From positions 310,001-374,000 of the forward strand of contig NW_026857392.1 in NCBI RefSeq assembly GCF_026571515.1: a DNA stretch of 64,000 nt, written 5' to 3'. The stretch is from Ruditapes philippinarum (Eukaryota). This document shows positions 27,432 through 40,250 of this stretch, piece by piece (within the stretch, counting starts at the first letter, position 1; each line of letters opens with the position of its first letter). The position numbers and the translations under genes are program-made. Below the pieces are notes generated by a model. That model was not told the DNA's origin, made no database searches, and saw only the letters and a program-made list of their open reading frames with translations.

Positions 27432-29864
27432 ACTCACTTGCTGACACCCACTCAATCCCCAGGAATAATCACTCACACTCACTTATTCTTTCGTTCCTTC
27501 CGACTTTATTTCCTTCTTTCATTGTATTTTATTTGTGTAATATATTTTGTGAAAAGTATTCATCTTTTAGACTTACAAATTCTTTGGGCATGTTTCATAT
27601 TTTGTAACAGTCACTTTGTGATTGTTTGTAAGAAAGTAACTATTAAAGTTGATTTTTTTTTACTTTTCAACTTTGTTCTTGCTGTATCATCACCTTCTGT
27701 TGCTTCAGAAGTGCAGTAAGATAAATAAATATGCTTACAAATTGAGGAGGAAAGGTTCTTGGGAATGAGTTTAATTTTCGTTACATCATTGTATAAATCT
27801 TGTGATTATCTGTTGACTGTATGATTATATTTATCACCTGCGATATCTCATGTGAATTTACCTTTTTTTTCCTCTTTTTCTTTTCATATTCTGCGTTGCC
27901 TTGAAAACTTGGTTACTTCAATAACAGGTAAGCAACTAATATATTATAATATTACATATAATCAATAAAATTGCAGCAGATGGCGAAGATTTATTGGTTT
28001 GTTATTATAGTTGTGCAGTTGTATTGCAGTGCATGATGAAATGTCATATATATGTATGACAAGTGTTTCTGTTTCTATGTTTGATATTAACCAGTAATTT
28101 CCACTTCAAGAAAACATTTTATTACTTTATTTTAAGATAAATTGTTCGTTTATCAAATACCAAAGAAATTATGCACAATTTTGCACACATTTTTGAAATA
28201 AAATACCATTTATTTTGTCCTCTTTTTCTTCACAATTTGAAAAAATGTCAACATCAATAAGTTTCTTTAATCTGCAAATAGAGTTACGTAAACAGCAGGT
28301 ACTTGAAGAAGAAATAGTTTGATTTATGTTTTTTGATTTTTTATTTAAGTTGATTTATGTTATTGAATTTTTCATTTAAGCCAATTTTGTACTGAAAGTA
28401 AAAGATTTTAGGAGAAAAATTGTCAGTTAAAGTTCAACAAGTGGCCTTACGTTCTTTGTATATTGTTGATTGACAGCAAAGATAGTTTAGGACAATTATT
28501 GTTTTATATTATAAAAATTTATTGGCAGAACACATGAAAATATTGACAAAGATTGTTATCTATAATTGATAATCAAGTATGTCACAGGATCAGATAAGTG
28601 ATTTTTAAAGGAATATGTTCTCGGAGGTTTGACCGGGTTTTGTTATATTGTTTATCCACCATGTAAATATGATAGGTGCGACTCCCCACTGGGCTGAACA
28701 AAAAACGTTGAAATTCCTTGACAGATTTTAAAAATAATCTGGCTTTAAGATATGTTCGAATTTGCTTTTTTTAATGTATAATGATTATTATGATAGAAGA
28801 TTTAACTTGGTTACAAAATATGTTGAAGAGTTCGTGTAAGATATGTGAATGCAATGTATAAGATTTACGTAGTTATCATGATTTCGTAAATGAGGGACGT
28901 ATGCTTTACTGTTGGATTTTATATGTGGTTTATTTTGAAAGAATTTCGGATGTTTTATGTATGACAGTTTATGATTTTTAGATCGCTTCACAGTTGGTTT
29001 ACTGCATTTACATTCTTAAATTCATTCATTATTACAAACACTGTTTTCTGTAGGATGTTACAAATGTTTTTACGCTCGTCAACGTACCACCTGGTATAAA
29101 AAACGGCTTCTGTTGACCGATTTAATTACCAAATCTGTAATGAAACTCGTTCTTTGGACCATTGAAGCTGGTTTAATTAATGCTCATGTTTCGACCAAAA
29201 AATGTGATTTTTGTAGCGTTCAATAATAAGAGAGATGATTACAGTTTTTTGGCGCAGATTATAAGATTTCAACATCAAGGTGGAATTGCTTGTTTCAAAC
29301 AAAGGATACAATATTCAGTGTACTAAATAGATGATGATGTAAAATTGAACGAGTATGTGACTGTGCACAGTGTCTAGAATTTCAAAGTTTTTGGCACACT
29401 TTCACATTTTGACTCATAATGTTGTTATTTAAGTTTCGATGCTTTTTTTAAAAAACGGCAATATAAATAGTGTTGTAATATTTGTAAATGCAGTGCTTGC
29501 CGTTGGAATATATAGTTCATGGATTAAACCACAATATTTATAACAGGATGTATTGTTGTGGGATGCCCTCTGGGTTTATCCCAGTTGTCCCAGGGCCGAA
29601 CACTCGTAGATTTAGAAAATGTCAACAGGATCCTTATAATACACAAACAGTGAAAAAAGTAGTTAAATTTCACAGAGGTAGGTTCATATTTAGTGGTACA
29701 TAAATTTAAAAAAAAAATTGTTATTGTCTCATTGGCTAAAATTTGAAAGGTTACCTGGTTCCATATAATACGCAATACTTACTCCTGTATTCTATTTTCT
29801 CTTGGAAATGAATTGCTCTGAACGGTTACAGATAATTTGTAATGAACTGTTATAGATACTTTGT

Positions 29865-30097
29865 AAACCTTAGACTGCTATTGGCAATTGAATTTAAAAC
29901 ATATGTGACCAACATGGACCAAAATCAGCCATCATATCACAATGCTGGTTTGATCATTGCCTGCATGCAATGTTCCTTATTCAGTCATAATATTCTTTAA
30001 AAATTTTCCTTATTAAAAAATGATAATTGGTTTTGAATTTTGTCCAGATTGAAAGTTGGACAAGTCCATTTAAGATATTTAGCGGGATAAGTGTTAA
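29865..30097 (-). mobile_element. Degenerate copy of the same family, reverse orientation
   Basis: Ends TTGTCCAGATTGAAAGTTGGACAAGTCCATTTAAGATATTTAGCGGGATAAGTGTTAA, the reverse complement of the start of the 9077 and 2543 copies. Confidence 0.6.
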
Positions 30098-33000
30098 AAT
30101 AATCAACCTTTAAACTGAAAGTTTGAGAAAAGATGCCATATTTGAGCAACATCATTTTCAAAAAGGTCTTCAACCTTAGGTTAAATATCCAAATTAATTT
30201 GTCTTGAAATAACTTAAGTTTCAAATAATTGAAATAGTCAACTAAAGAGAAATAGATAGATAAAACATTTATAAAGTTATAATATTTTTAATTGTAGCAG
30301 TAAAAACTAAAAACAAAGTGAGGTGTTTCAGTACTTTCAAAGTGAACATTCAAACCAAGCTTCATGTTTTGGTGACTTACAGTAAGCTTCTTTTGAAACA
30401 CAAAATGTGTTAACTTGTTGAAATATCTGGAAAAAAAGATCCCGTGCAAGTACTAAAATCAGCAAAATTACATGATTTGATTGAGTCTGTGCCATAGTTT
30501 TGAAATAATAGGTAAATATTTGGCGTCTTGTATCCATGATACTGCAATTATTAAGTGCAAGACAATAAAACTCACTTGTCGTCATTAGACAGCTTTACAG
30601 ATTCATGACATGAAACAGGTCTTTAAAATTTTCGTTTTTATTTTAACTTTGCCAAAATGTTTCGACCTCACTTACTTTCTGGACTGTTTGTTATTATCCT
30701 ATAAAGTTTGAATTTGATATATGTTGGGTTCAAGTTTTAATATGTTTTAAAGAATGATAAATGATTTCTAACTTTCTCGCCATGTCGTAACGCCTAATCT
30801 CCCATCATTTTTAAGTTAATTACAATTGCTAATGAAGTTAAAAAACATTAAAGTAACTGAAGTACATGTAAGTCGGTTTTTTTTTACAATAACGAGTCTG
30901 TTGCTTTAAGGTATAATGTACGGCTATACAGTATTTTGGCAGTTTGTCCAATTTCAGTGTGTTATGTTATATATTTATATATACATCTATATATTTTTTT
31001 TGTGTGGATTTATATAATAAATCATCTCCGTGTTTTATATGGTCTAGTTACGTCGTGCGATTTCAGTTATTAAAATTTTCAAACATTAAGCCGCGGGTTT
31101 AATTTACCAGAAAAAGTCAAGGGATGTTTTTACAAACTGTACATGAATATTCATGTGTTTTAAATTATGTATCTCAAAGTTTAGATAACTTGGTAATGTT
31201 GAATAGTCCTTATTTTATAAAAATGTCCGCAGATTTTTTAAAGATGGCTTATTTGTTTAAGTGTATATGGTGAAAATGTTCATTTGATTCATATAAATAC
31301 AGAAATTATAAACCACCTTTGTGCCCAACACAATTAAAAACATGTAACTTAGTATCAGGGTCTGATGATACAAGTAAAAATCATAATGGGGCTCAAACTT
31401 TCAATCTTCAAGTTCAGTGGCAACATTGCCGTTGTCCAACCTTAACCTTGTATGCAATTTGAGATGAGCAAGTCTGTCAGATAAAATATCTATCATGGCA
31501 AGGGCTAATTTGGAACAGTCTTAATTTAGTGTTCATTGAGTCTGAACTATGACCTTGCGCTCATACCAGGGCAACTTTGTTATTGCTTTACTAGCACTCA
31601 AAAATGGTAAAGCTTTAACATGTTATCACATGAGCTGAAATAAGATCATAAATATTCACACTTTGATTGCTTTATTACAACATTCTTTGTCAATTTCACA
31701 CATTCTAAACATTCAATGCACTTTTGCATTTTCATGAGCTATCATGAAAAGAATTTTTTACGACCTTCAATGAAAAGATATAGTAAGATTGACATGCTTG
31801 TTCCACCCAATACGCATAAATAAGATTTGTAAACAATATAAATTATATATTAGCATTCCTCCTACTTAGCAGCTCCTTTGCTTCAATTGTCGAAATTGGG
31901 TTCTTTTATTGCCCGTTTGACTCTTTAACCCTTGGTATTTGAACCAATTGTTGCAGGTTACTGAAAGTTTGTAGCGGGATAGATACAAATTGTTGATAAT
32001 TTGCTTAAATGTATTAAAATATGCAAGATTATCATTTCATACTCTATGACAGTTGACAAAAGCGGAACTATTGTACGTGATTTCGAGGGGTTGGCTCGAT
32101 CAGATCTTTATTTTCGAGGTTTGAAGTACCGAGTGTAACTGATCGTACACAAATACAATAGTGTTAGGTCAAGTGTCTATTAGCTTGCGGTCCATGACAA
32201 AAAATATGTTTGAGTTCAAACTGCTGAATGTATAATAAGGTATTTCCTGACTGATTGTTTGGTTTGAACTTAAGAAGATTTAAGCAAACATCTTATTTCC
32301 ATATTTTTTGATAAAACCCTCAAAAATATTAGGAAAGAATATCTGTAAAAGAATGCGGCTAATGTTCGAAATGAATTTGCACAAAATGAGCAAATAGAGC
32401 TAACAATTTTCATGTGTCGTAATCGCGCTCATTTCGATCTGAAGGTCAAGTGCGTGACTACCAGTCTGTAATAGAAGATTGTGGACTGTGTGCTGGCAAA
32501 CATTGATGGTTTCCATCTGCATTGAACAGGTCACATGACTATTATAGATCTCACTGATTCACAACTTTTTTAAGCCATTTTGTGTTACGGTGTGGAAAAA
32601 AGATTAATTTTGACTATGGCAACCATACAAAACCTAATCTTGTTTAAAAAATAGGTTTAAACACTTTGATATCAAGTATTTCATATGTTCTATAATGGAA
32701 GTACAAGTATATAAATTTAGCATGGTTCATTATAAGGCAAATGCTTTGAAATTCCAGGGTGCTTTAATGTTGTAACTTGTTGTAAACAAGATTTTTTGAG
32801 TTACATCAATGTTGCTCCTCCGAATCAATAGAATTTGATTCACTGTTATAATGATAAAGAAAAGGAAATGATAAAATTGTTTACGATATGAAAATCACGT
32901 CAGAAGCATACAATTCATGTTGTTACTTTAATAATAATTGATAATGTCTCCATTACGATGCAAGACCGCATTTGCTAAACCACATCTATGCGACATTTTA

Positions 33001-33809
33001 AAAAAACTTTCTGAAGCATTTTATAGTAAACTGCAATTTTGTGGTTTTGTTCAATGGAATGACTGCTTTATAAGAAAGTGGTAACTATGCATTAAACAGC
33101 TTTATATGTAAAGAAACTAATAAAACAGTTGAAAGTATGAATGGTAAAGATCAGAAAACCTGTTTTCTTTTTTTGTATGATATATTCTACATAGATCAGA
33201 TATTGAATGACTTGATATTTCAGAAACTCAATTTGTTGTCCTTGCATGTTAAAGGTTTTGAAGGGTGAGCCTATGATGTAAGTAAGATGTTATCCAAACA
33301 AACAAACTTTAAGCATTATGGATACACAGTGTCCTACCGTTTACAATTGCACTTTTTATCAATAAATCTACCAAAGTGTAACTGTTCCCATGAATAGATT
33401 TGAAAATCCACATTGGCCAAGTTCTGGAGTCTCTCATTTAAGCCAAGTTCCAGAGTATTTCTTTCAAGCCAAGGTTAGTAAAACGAAAGAAGAAAAAAAA
33501 AATCATGTTTTTTAGAGATTATTGTAATGTTATTTATGGCGGATGTTTTTGTATCATTGTAATTTTAGGCCGAAATTATCAGCTACTTGTGAATAGTCCT
33601 TAAAGTTTGTTTGGCTGATAAAATGTAAAGAAAACTTAACAGGAACTTGTTGAGCGTTTTATGACCGAATCCAAGTAAAATGTTAATTGTCAACAAATTG
33701 ATTCATAAAGTTCATGGGTTTTATATTAAAATGAAAATTGTTATATTCTTTGTAATAATTTTTGAAAGTTGGTGATTTATTTCTCTGTCAATGATTAAAG
33801 GTCGGCAAC

Positions 33810-33855
33810 ATGGAGGAGACCTCTTGCTTGGATCATCAGACATGTTATTTAAGAG
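33810..33855 (+). CDS. Weak candidate alternative first exon (15 aa: MEETSCLDHQTCYLR)
   Basis: Strong start context gcaacATGG, 46 nt = 15 codons + 1, moderate donor GAG|gtattt, phase 1. Confidence 0.3.
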
Positions 33856-34816
33856 GTATTTTTTTCCATCTTACATGTCAACATTGTGAAAAAAAATCAT
33901 CATATTACAAAATCATTGTCAGCCTTATTTATGGCCACCCACTTGTGAACTATCGGCTAATGTGTTATGTTTCCAAACTTTAAATATTTGGCAACTGCTG
34001 GTGGACCTCTTTGAGCTTTTGATTCTGCAGGTGAAATAGTTAGGTGGTGTTAATTTTAACATTCTTGTAATAACATGCAAAAAGGTTAAAAAAGGTCACT
34101 ATTGTATAACCCTTGCCATTTTGTTGTAGAAGAAATGGATATGTAAAGGAATGTATTATATGATGAACAAAGGGTGGCAACATTTACTATAATTACCGCA
34201 ATGCTCAGCAAACTGTTTTAATTTCAGCTTTGTACGTCTTTTCATGTGTACATATTGTGAATTCATGTGTACTTATTGTGCACAAATTAGGCTTCGAAAT
34301 CGTTCACGACTATTCATGACTATTCATAACTGTAAGAAGGTGGTATAGTCAGAAGAACAAAGTCATTTTCTCAACAATTGTCTCCCTTTATTAAAAGCAA
34401 ATCAACAATTGTCTCCCTTTTTTCCTCATTCTTAAAATAAAAGCAAATATTAGATAGAAATAACAAAGGTATCAGTTGAACTATGCAAAACCTAGAAAAG
34501 GAAATAAAATGAGCTCGGATGCAACAGGGCCTTAAAATGAAAGCAAACAGTACAGGAGATAGGGGGTCATTTCATTAGTGCCTTGGTTTACATAAGAGAT
34601 AGTGATAGAGATAGGGAGATGATAAGGGGAATGGTCATCTGAAATAAAAGTGGTCATCAGGGGTGGATGAGGTCGTATAAAAACTGAGGTAACAAATTGT
34701 TTCATAAAGAATTATCTATTTCTATTCCAAGAAAAAAGGTTTTCCAAAATTAATTTAACAATTAATTTCTTTCAAAATTTATTAAGTTGTTTTACAGTTG
34801 CTTTGCATGTATTTGC

Positions 34817-35618
34817 CATAGGAACTCTGGAACAGGACCGCATATTGCGGCGCATAAATCCGAATCCGTACAAGCTTTACATATTGTTTGTCCGACCTTT
34901 GAATATCTTTTCACATTATGCGAGCGGGTGGTCTTTAATTATCTAATCTCAATTAAATATAATCTGCTAATTTAAAAATCAGTCAAATTTACGGTATATT
35001 GAAAAAAGTAAAGGAGTGACATCCGCCATTTGCCGCAACGTTCGGTGTAAGTTATCCCCCTTGATATGCTTGATTTTTGTTTTAATTTTTCTAGTAATGA
35101 ATACTAGATGAGTGCCTAAAATATTTATCTATGGATCATGTTTTAATATTCCTTTTTTCCATTAGGCAATATCAGTTTGACCATATTACTAAAGTTTCTG
35201 TTTTCTCCATTTTAACAAATCAATACACGAATACGCCCGTTATAATGCCGCCTATACATGTCAACACGTGTAAACAATAAACCGTTAACGTTATATCCGG
35301 ACGATACCTTATAGTTGACAAAAATAACGGGAACAAAATACTGAAGAAATAGTAATCAATTGTAGCCAAAGGGGAAAAACTCATGCCGAAAACGTTGCGG
35401 CAAATGGCGGATGTCACTCCTTGTCTTTTTTTATAATACCGTAAAATTTGACCAGTTTTAAAAGAGACAGATTGGGTTCAATTGATAATATATTTTTTGA
35501 GTCCATACACTCGGATGATACTAAAAGATATTAAGATGTAGCAGAAACGTTTTTTTAAAACCGTTACACGATCAAAAATATACGCCGCAATCTGCGGTCC
35601 CGTTCTCGAGTTCCTATG
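34817..35618. mobile_element. Foldback-like non-autonomous DNA transposon with 8-bp TSD (P or hAT superfamily)
   Basis: Termini CATAGGAACTC...GAGTTCCTATG. TSD GTATTTGC at 34809-34816 and 35619-35626. Long imperfect inverted arms, e.g. AAGGAGTGACATCCGCCATTTGCCGCAACGTT near 35011 and its reverse complement near 35391-35422. Confidence 0.9.
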
Positions 35619-37820
35619 GTATTTGCAAGTTAAGAGAGTGTTAAGTTTTAATAACATTCAAATTGCAAGCATAAGCTACACCCTTGACCTCTGAACTTGT
35701 GTGTATTTCATTATGAAGGATATTGTCCATGTGTTTGTTTTAGTGTGTGCATACCAGAGACAGCATTGTCTTACAGCTGATAGCAGATGAATTTGTTACA
35801 CTTAAACTTTACTCTCTGTATGTGCAAGTTTTGGGACATATATTTGGGACATACTTTATCTTGTATGGCGAGAGGGAAAGCTATGTTTATGATGATAGTT
35901 CAATAGGATTTTACTTTGTCATATTTCAAGATTTTGTGAAAATGGTCAAAATATTTTTTTTCTCTTATCAATGGAATAAAAGAGCATTTACATCTTTTCA
36001 TGATAGTCAAATATGCACTAGACTTTCATCAGGAAAAAAAATAACAGAAAATTTGCCTTGTGAATTATACAGATCAGAGGACTAATAGCAGCTAATAACT
36101 TGAATTATTACAAGTGTATAGTTCCTTCAAAGGACAAAAGGGCAATCACTGGATAGAAAAAAAAGCTGTAATGTAAGATAAAAATGTGTAATTTATGTAA
36201 AAATGGCTTATTTCAAATGTATGCTGGAATGTGTGATAAATGCGTGGCTAGAAAAGTAATCCTACAGGGGTTTGGTTTTTAACGTACACAGCAAAAAATA
36301 AACAACCAACATTTCGCTTTTACATAGACTGAATGTAACCGGAGTCTTTTTGGTGTGACAGTGAAATAGATAAGTGAAAAAAATCAGGTTGTATGTGTGT
36401 ATAAAATGACTCAACCAGTGTTTGGGATAATTTACTGGTGTTTGGTTTCGAAGTTAGCTGGTTTGTTGAAAATTTGGAGGCTGCATGGGTGTATCATAAT
36501 GTAATGTTCATTGGGAAATACACTTCGATTTGAAAATATTTAAGGAGAGGTTGTTTTGATGATGTTGGAGTATTAAAATGAGTTTTAATAAATTACATGC
36601 TGAATAATGACAGGGTATTATTAACTTAGTAAAAAAAAAGAGAAATTTCCAAAGTAATAAATTCATTTTTGTTTGGAAAGTTATATAAAAGAGTTTTGAC
36701 AATGTTAAAGAACCTATGTGGAAAGTAAAATATACATGTTATTTATTGTCTTAAAACTTTTGCCAAAGCTAGAATAAAAATATTTCAATATTTTTATTAT
36801 GGTTTTGAGAAATTTGGTGTACTGAACCGAAGAGAGAGAGAGGATATTAGAAGAAAAAAGTTTTGAAATAGGATAGGTAAAATAGTATACCAGGATTATC
36901 AAGCCAATGTGTCAGTCACATTAACAGAAGTTGATCAAAGTGAAGAAAATAAAAGAGTCAAATAGGAAGGTGTTAAACTTGTGGTTTTTGATGAGATATC
37001 TAATGTTTTTATAGTAATTTGAGAGGGTGGAAAAAAAGGTGGGAAAATAACAACAAAATGTTTTCATAAGGTTAAATGTTTCTGAAAAAGCGTTTTTTTG
37101 ATACTGTCGAATATGATGCAACATTCCAAAAATACACCAAATTCTTTGAACTTTTGATACATTTAAAGTAACTGAAGAAGTTGAAATTTGTTAATAACAA
37201 AGCATGCATGCATTTGAATAACAATTGGACAGCAGCTGGATTTTCTTTCCATTTTTAAGCCAAGTGGATTTCAGTGATAGAGATCAGGAAAGGGGCTGTT
37301 GGGGGATTATAAAGCTGGTCAGTTTGTGGAGGAAGTTTGTACCACTGTGTTTGTTTGTTTTTACTATTTATAGAGGTGGGGGAACATGACTTGACCAGGA
37401 GATCAGATATCCTGTGTAACTATTTCTACTGACCATATGGTTTTAACTAATGTCACTTTTTAGATTATACTGACTCATTTTACCACAGTGGACTTTTAGT
37501 TATATATTACTATACCATTTCATGTGTTGCAAGTGGGATGCTTCAGATATAGTGGGATGTTTTAGTTAATGTTGAAAATTGTGGATGTTTTGATATATGG
37601 ATAGATACTTTTATTTCCTCCACATGGCAGAGCATAACATATTTACATAAGGCACTTCATCATCTAAATGGCTTTCACTAGTAAGTATTACATTTTTGTA
37701 GAAATATTTAAATTTCGTATTCTTTATTAGATATTTATTTAAGTTTGTTTGTCAGAAAATCTTGTAGCATGTCTGAACCACTTATATGTCAGCTTCCTAG
37801 ATTTTTAGTACCAGTACTGG

Positions 37821-38037
37821 CATATATGTGAACTTTTTTCAATGATCAAGTGGGAGATTTTTCTTCTAAAAGAGGGAGGTTTTAGAATTTGCAATAAACA
37901 AAGAAGAAAGTTCTGACATCAAAAAGAGGGAGATTTCTTTAATTTGTGAAAATACCCCTTTTTTAAGAAAAGTCTTTGAAAATACGGCTGCAGAAAGTGG
38001 GAGTCTCCCGCTTAAAGTGGGAGAGTTCACATGTATG
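37821..38037. mobile_element. MITE with CAT..ATG termini and 7-bp TSD (P-like)
   Basis: TIRs CATATATGTGAACT / AGTTCACATGTATG. TSD GTACTGG at 37814-37820 and 38038-38044. Internal repeated GGGAG motifs. Confidence 0.8.
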
Positions 38038-38424
38038 GTACTGGTGTACTATGAGGAAGCATTTATATGACACCAGTCATGATACCTAGGTTTAAAGACT
38101 ATGAGGCCCCTTCATCACCTCCTCCTTTAAAAAATGAATTGTTTCTGTAATAACATTATAATGTAGGTGAGACTAAAAAAGCCAACAAATTTACAAGAAT
38201 AAAAATGGATAGAAGATTTAAAGCTGCATGCCTCCAGATAAGCCAAATGAAACTTTAGAAAAAAATGTATTAAGAATTTGAGAAATTAAAGTAAAAAGAT
38301 TCAAGTTATTAGTTGCCTTCACTTCCGTAATATATTACTTATAACTTCTGTACATGCTAGAACACTGTCTCAGGTACAGTGTGAATGACTGTAGAAAGGA
38401 TTTCATAGTTACAATAAAAATGAC

Positions 38425-38500
38425 CTGTACCATCCGGGAATTGAACCTAAGCCACCCGATTAACAGTACAATGCTCTACCTATTGAGCTAACAGGGCGGT
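38425..38500 (-). repeat. tRNA-like pseudo-sequence within a repeat
   Basis: Reverse strand reads TTAGCTCAATAGGTAGAGCATTGTACTGTTAATCGGGTGGCTTAGGTTCAATTCCCGG, with A and B boxes but poorly paired stems. Confidence 0.5.
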
Positions 38501-39984
38501 TGGAATGTAAATGATGTGGTTTAAAAGCTTATAATTCAGATAATTATGCAAATAGGGCAGACATTTTGGTCAGGGAATATAATTACAACTTTATTTTGAC
38601 ATGCATATTTAATATAGTAAAGTGAACAATGTGACCTATATAAAACACAGTATTTGCCATAAAAATGTAAAGCAGCTATTTCAAATGCCAACTTTATGAT
38701 GTTGATATTTTGTTACAGTTGGGTTGATGAATATAATTTATATGTCTGATAAAGGGAGGCAATAAGATATGAACTTTGATAAAAGAAGGGAGATAATTGA
38801 TAAAAATGGCTTTCTTGTGGTTTGATGGGTGTATATTGTTTTCACCTCATGATTCAGCCAATTAGCTTATCTTTTATTTATGTACCATTGCAATCCAAAA
38901 TGTTCTTGATAAAGTTGTTTTCACTGTAAGTTTATTAAAGAAAGAGGAAATGTGATGCCCATAAAAATGGAAAAAAAAGAAGAAAAATGTTAAATTTAAA
39001 TACCAGCACTTTCTAGTAATGTAGAAATGTTGGCAAGTTCAATCTTGTGCCATGTGTAGTACTACTGGTTAGTTAGATTGAGCAATTTGGGACTTTTATT
39101 TTAGCTAATTTTGACAGGCATTTATGTTAATTAGCAGTTACTATTACTGCATATCACACAGTTTTCTAGAATGATTGACAGGTGTTCTCAGACATATTGA
39201 CTTATGTTGTCCTTGCACCACTAGCTTGCTGTCATATTGCACGTCTCTGCACAACTCTCTGTAATAGAAATAATCGCAATCATTCGTACAAATGATTATT
39301 TTAACAGGTGCTCCATGCAATTTAATTTTATTTAATTTGTAGGTATTGGATTTATTTTATGCAATTTTGTTGCTATGATGAAAAGAAATCTGGTAGATAG
39401 ATAAAAGTGCATTAAAGTTTCATGCATTGATGCAATTCTGAGGTTTCTAAAGGTGCAGTTTTCCTTACCTTGCATCAATTTACAAGATTTGACGAAAGTG
39501 CAATTGTGTGATAAACTTCAAGTAGTGGGTGGGGGAGTGGTAAAGTAAAATATTTTATAAATTAACAGCATTCAGGTCATTCTGCACTGTTTGCAGTCTG
39601 ACTTACAGTACTCACAGTTGTTGGTATAAAATCTTATAATAATGAAACTTACGAAGAAAGTCCATCTGAAATTGTGGTAATATAACAGGTATTTGACCCA
39701 TTCTACACAAACTGGATGGTCATTTATCTATATCATATTCCATGTTATCAATCAACATTGACAGGGCCAACAATTTTCCTGTAATGGAAATTAAAAAAAC
39801 CTGACAGGACTTGGTGAAGCAGAATTGATTTACAGACCATCTCTCAATAATATTACTCTATACTTATTATATCATTAATGAATATGATTTGCTATATAGG
39901 GCATATTTAACCAATACCATGCTACTATTACACTAAATATTTTAAAGGACTAATGTCCATGTTTCATTCGGTCTAAGCATTGTC

Positions 39985-40250
39985 CAGTTAGCTCATTGGT
40001 AGAGCATTGGACTGTGAATTGATTCCCTGGATGGTACAGGTGACTTTCCTTCCTCTCTATGGTCATTCGCACTTTACCTCTGCTCTGGCATGTTCAAAAG
40101 TTTCAGTTCCTTGTGAAAGTGTAGGCAACTTAAGTATGGTAAACTGCTTGACAGCCTGCCAAGAAAGTATGCAATGGCTGAACTGTGCTTTGATGAATTT
40201 AAAGTCACTCATTGCCCTGATTTTATGCTAAACTTAGGGAAAAAAAACCA
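39985..40250 (+). mobile_element. Degenerate tRNA-derived SINE (Meta-SINE-like)
   Basis: Head TAGCTCATTGGTAGAGCATTGGACTGTGA, body TCAGTTCCTTGTGAAAGT...GGTAAACTGCTT...AGCCTGCC, A-rich tail. Confidence 0.6.

Noticed and set aside
27247-27482. ORFs made of X residues
   Set aside because: Artefacts of the N gap.
32412-32471. MCRNRAHF... ORF, superficially like the MCR start of vertebrate DLC1
   Set aside because: No phase-1 donor before the stop codon; a three-residue match is not meaningful.
35747-36085. 112-aa ORF and other 60-100 aa ORFs in the track
   Set aside because: Non-ATG starts or F/I/L/K-biased composition typical of random AT-rich intron, with no domain or splice support.
38425-38500. 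Functional tRNA gene
   Set aside because: A and B boxes are present but the acceptor and anticodon stems pair poorly; it is better explained as repeat-derived. The same applies to the heads at 4791, 39985 and 59568.
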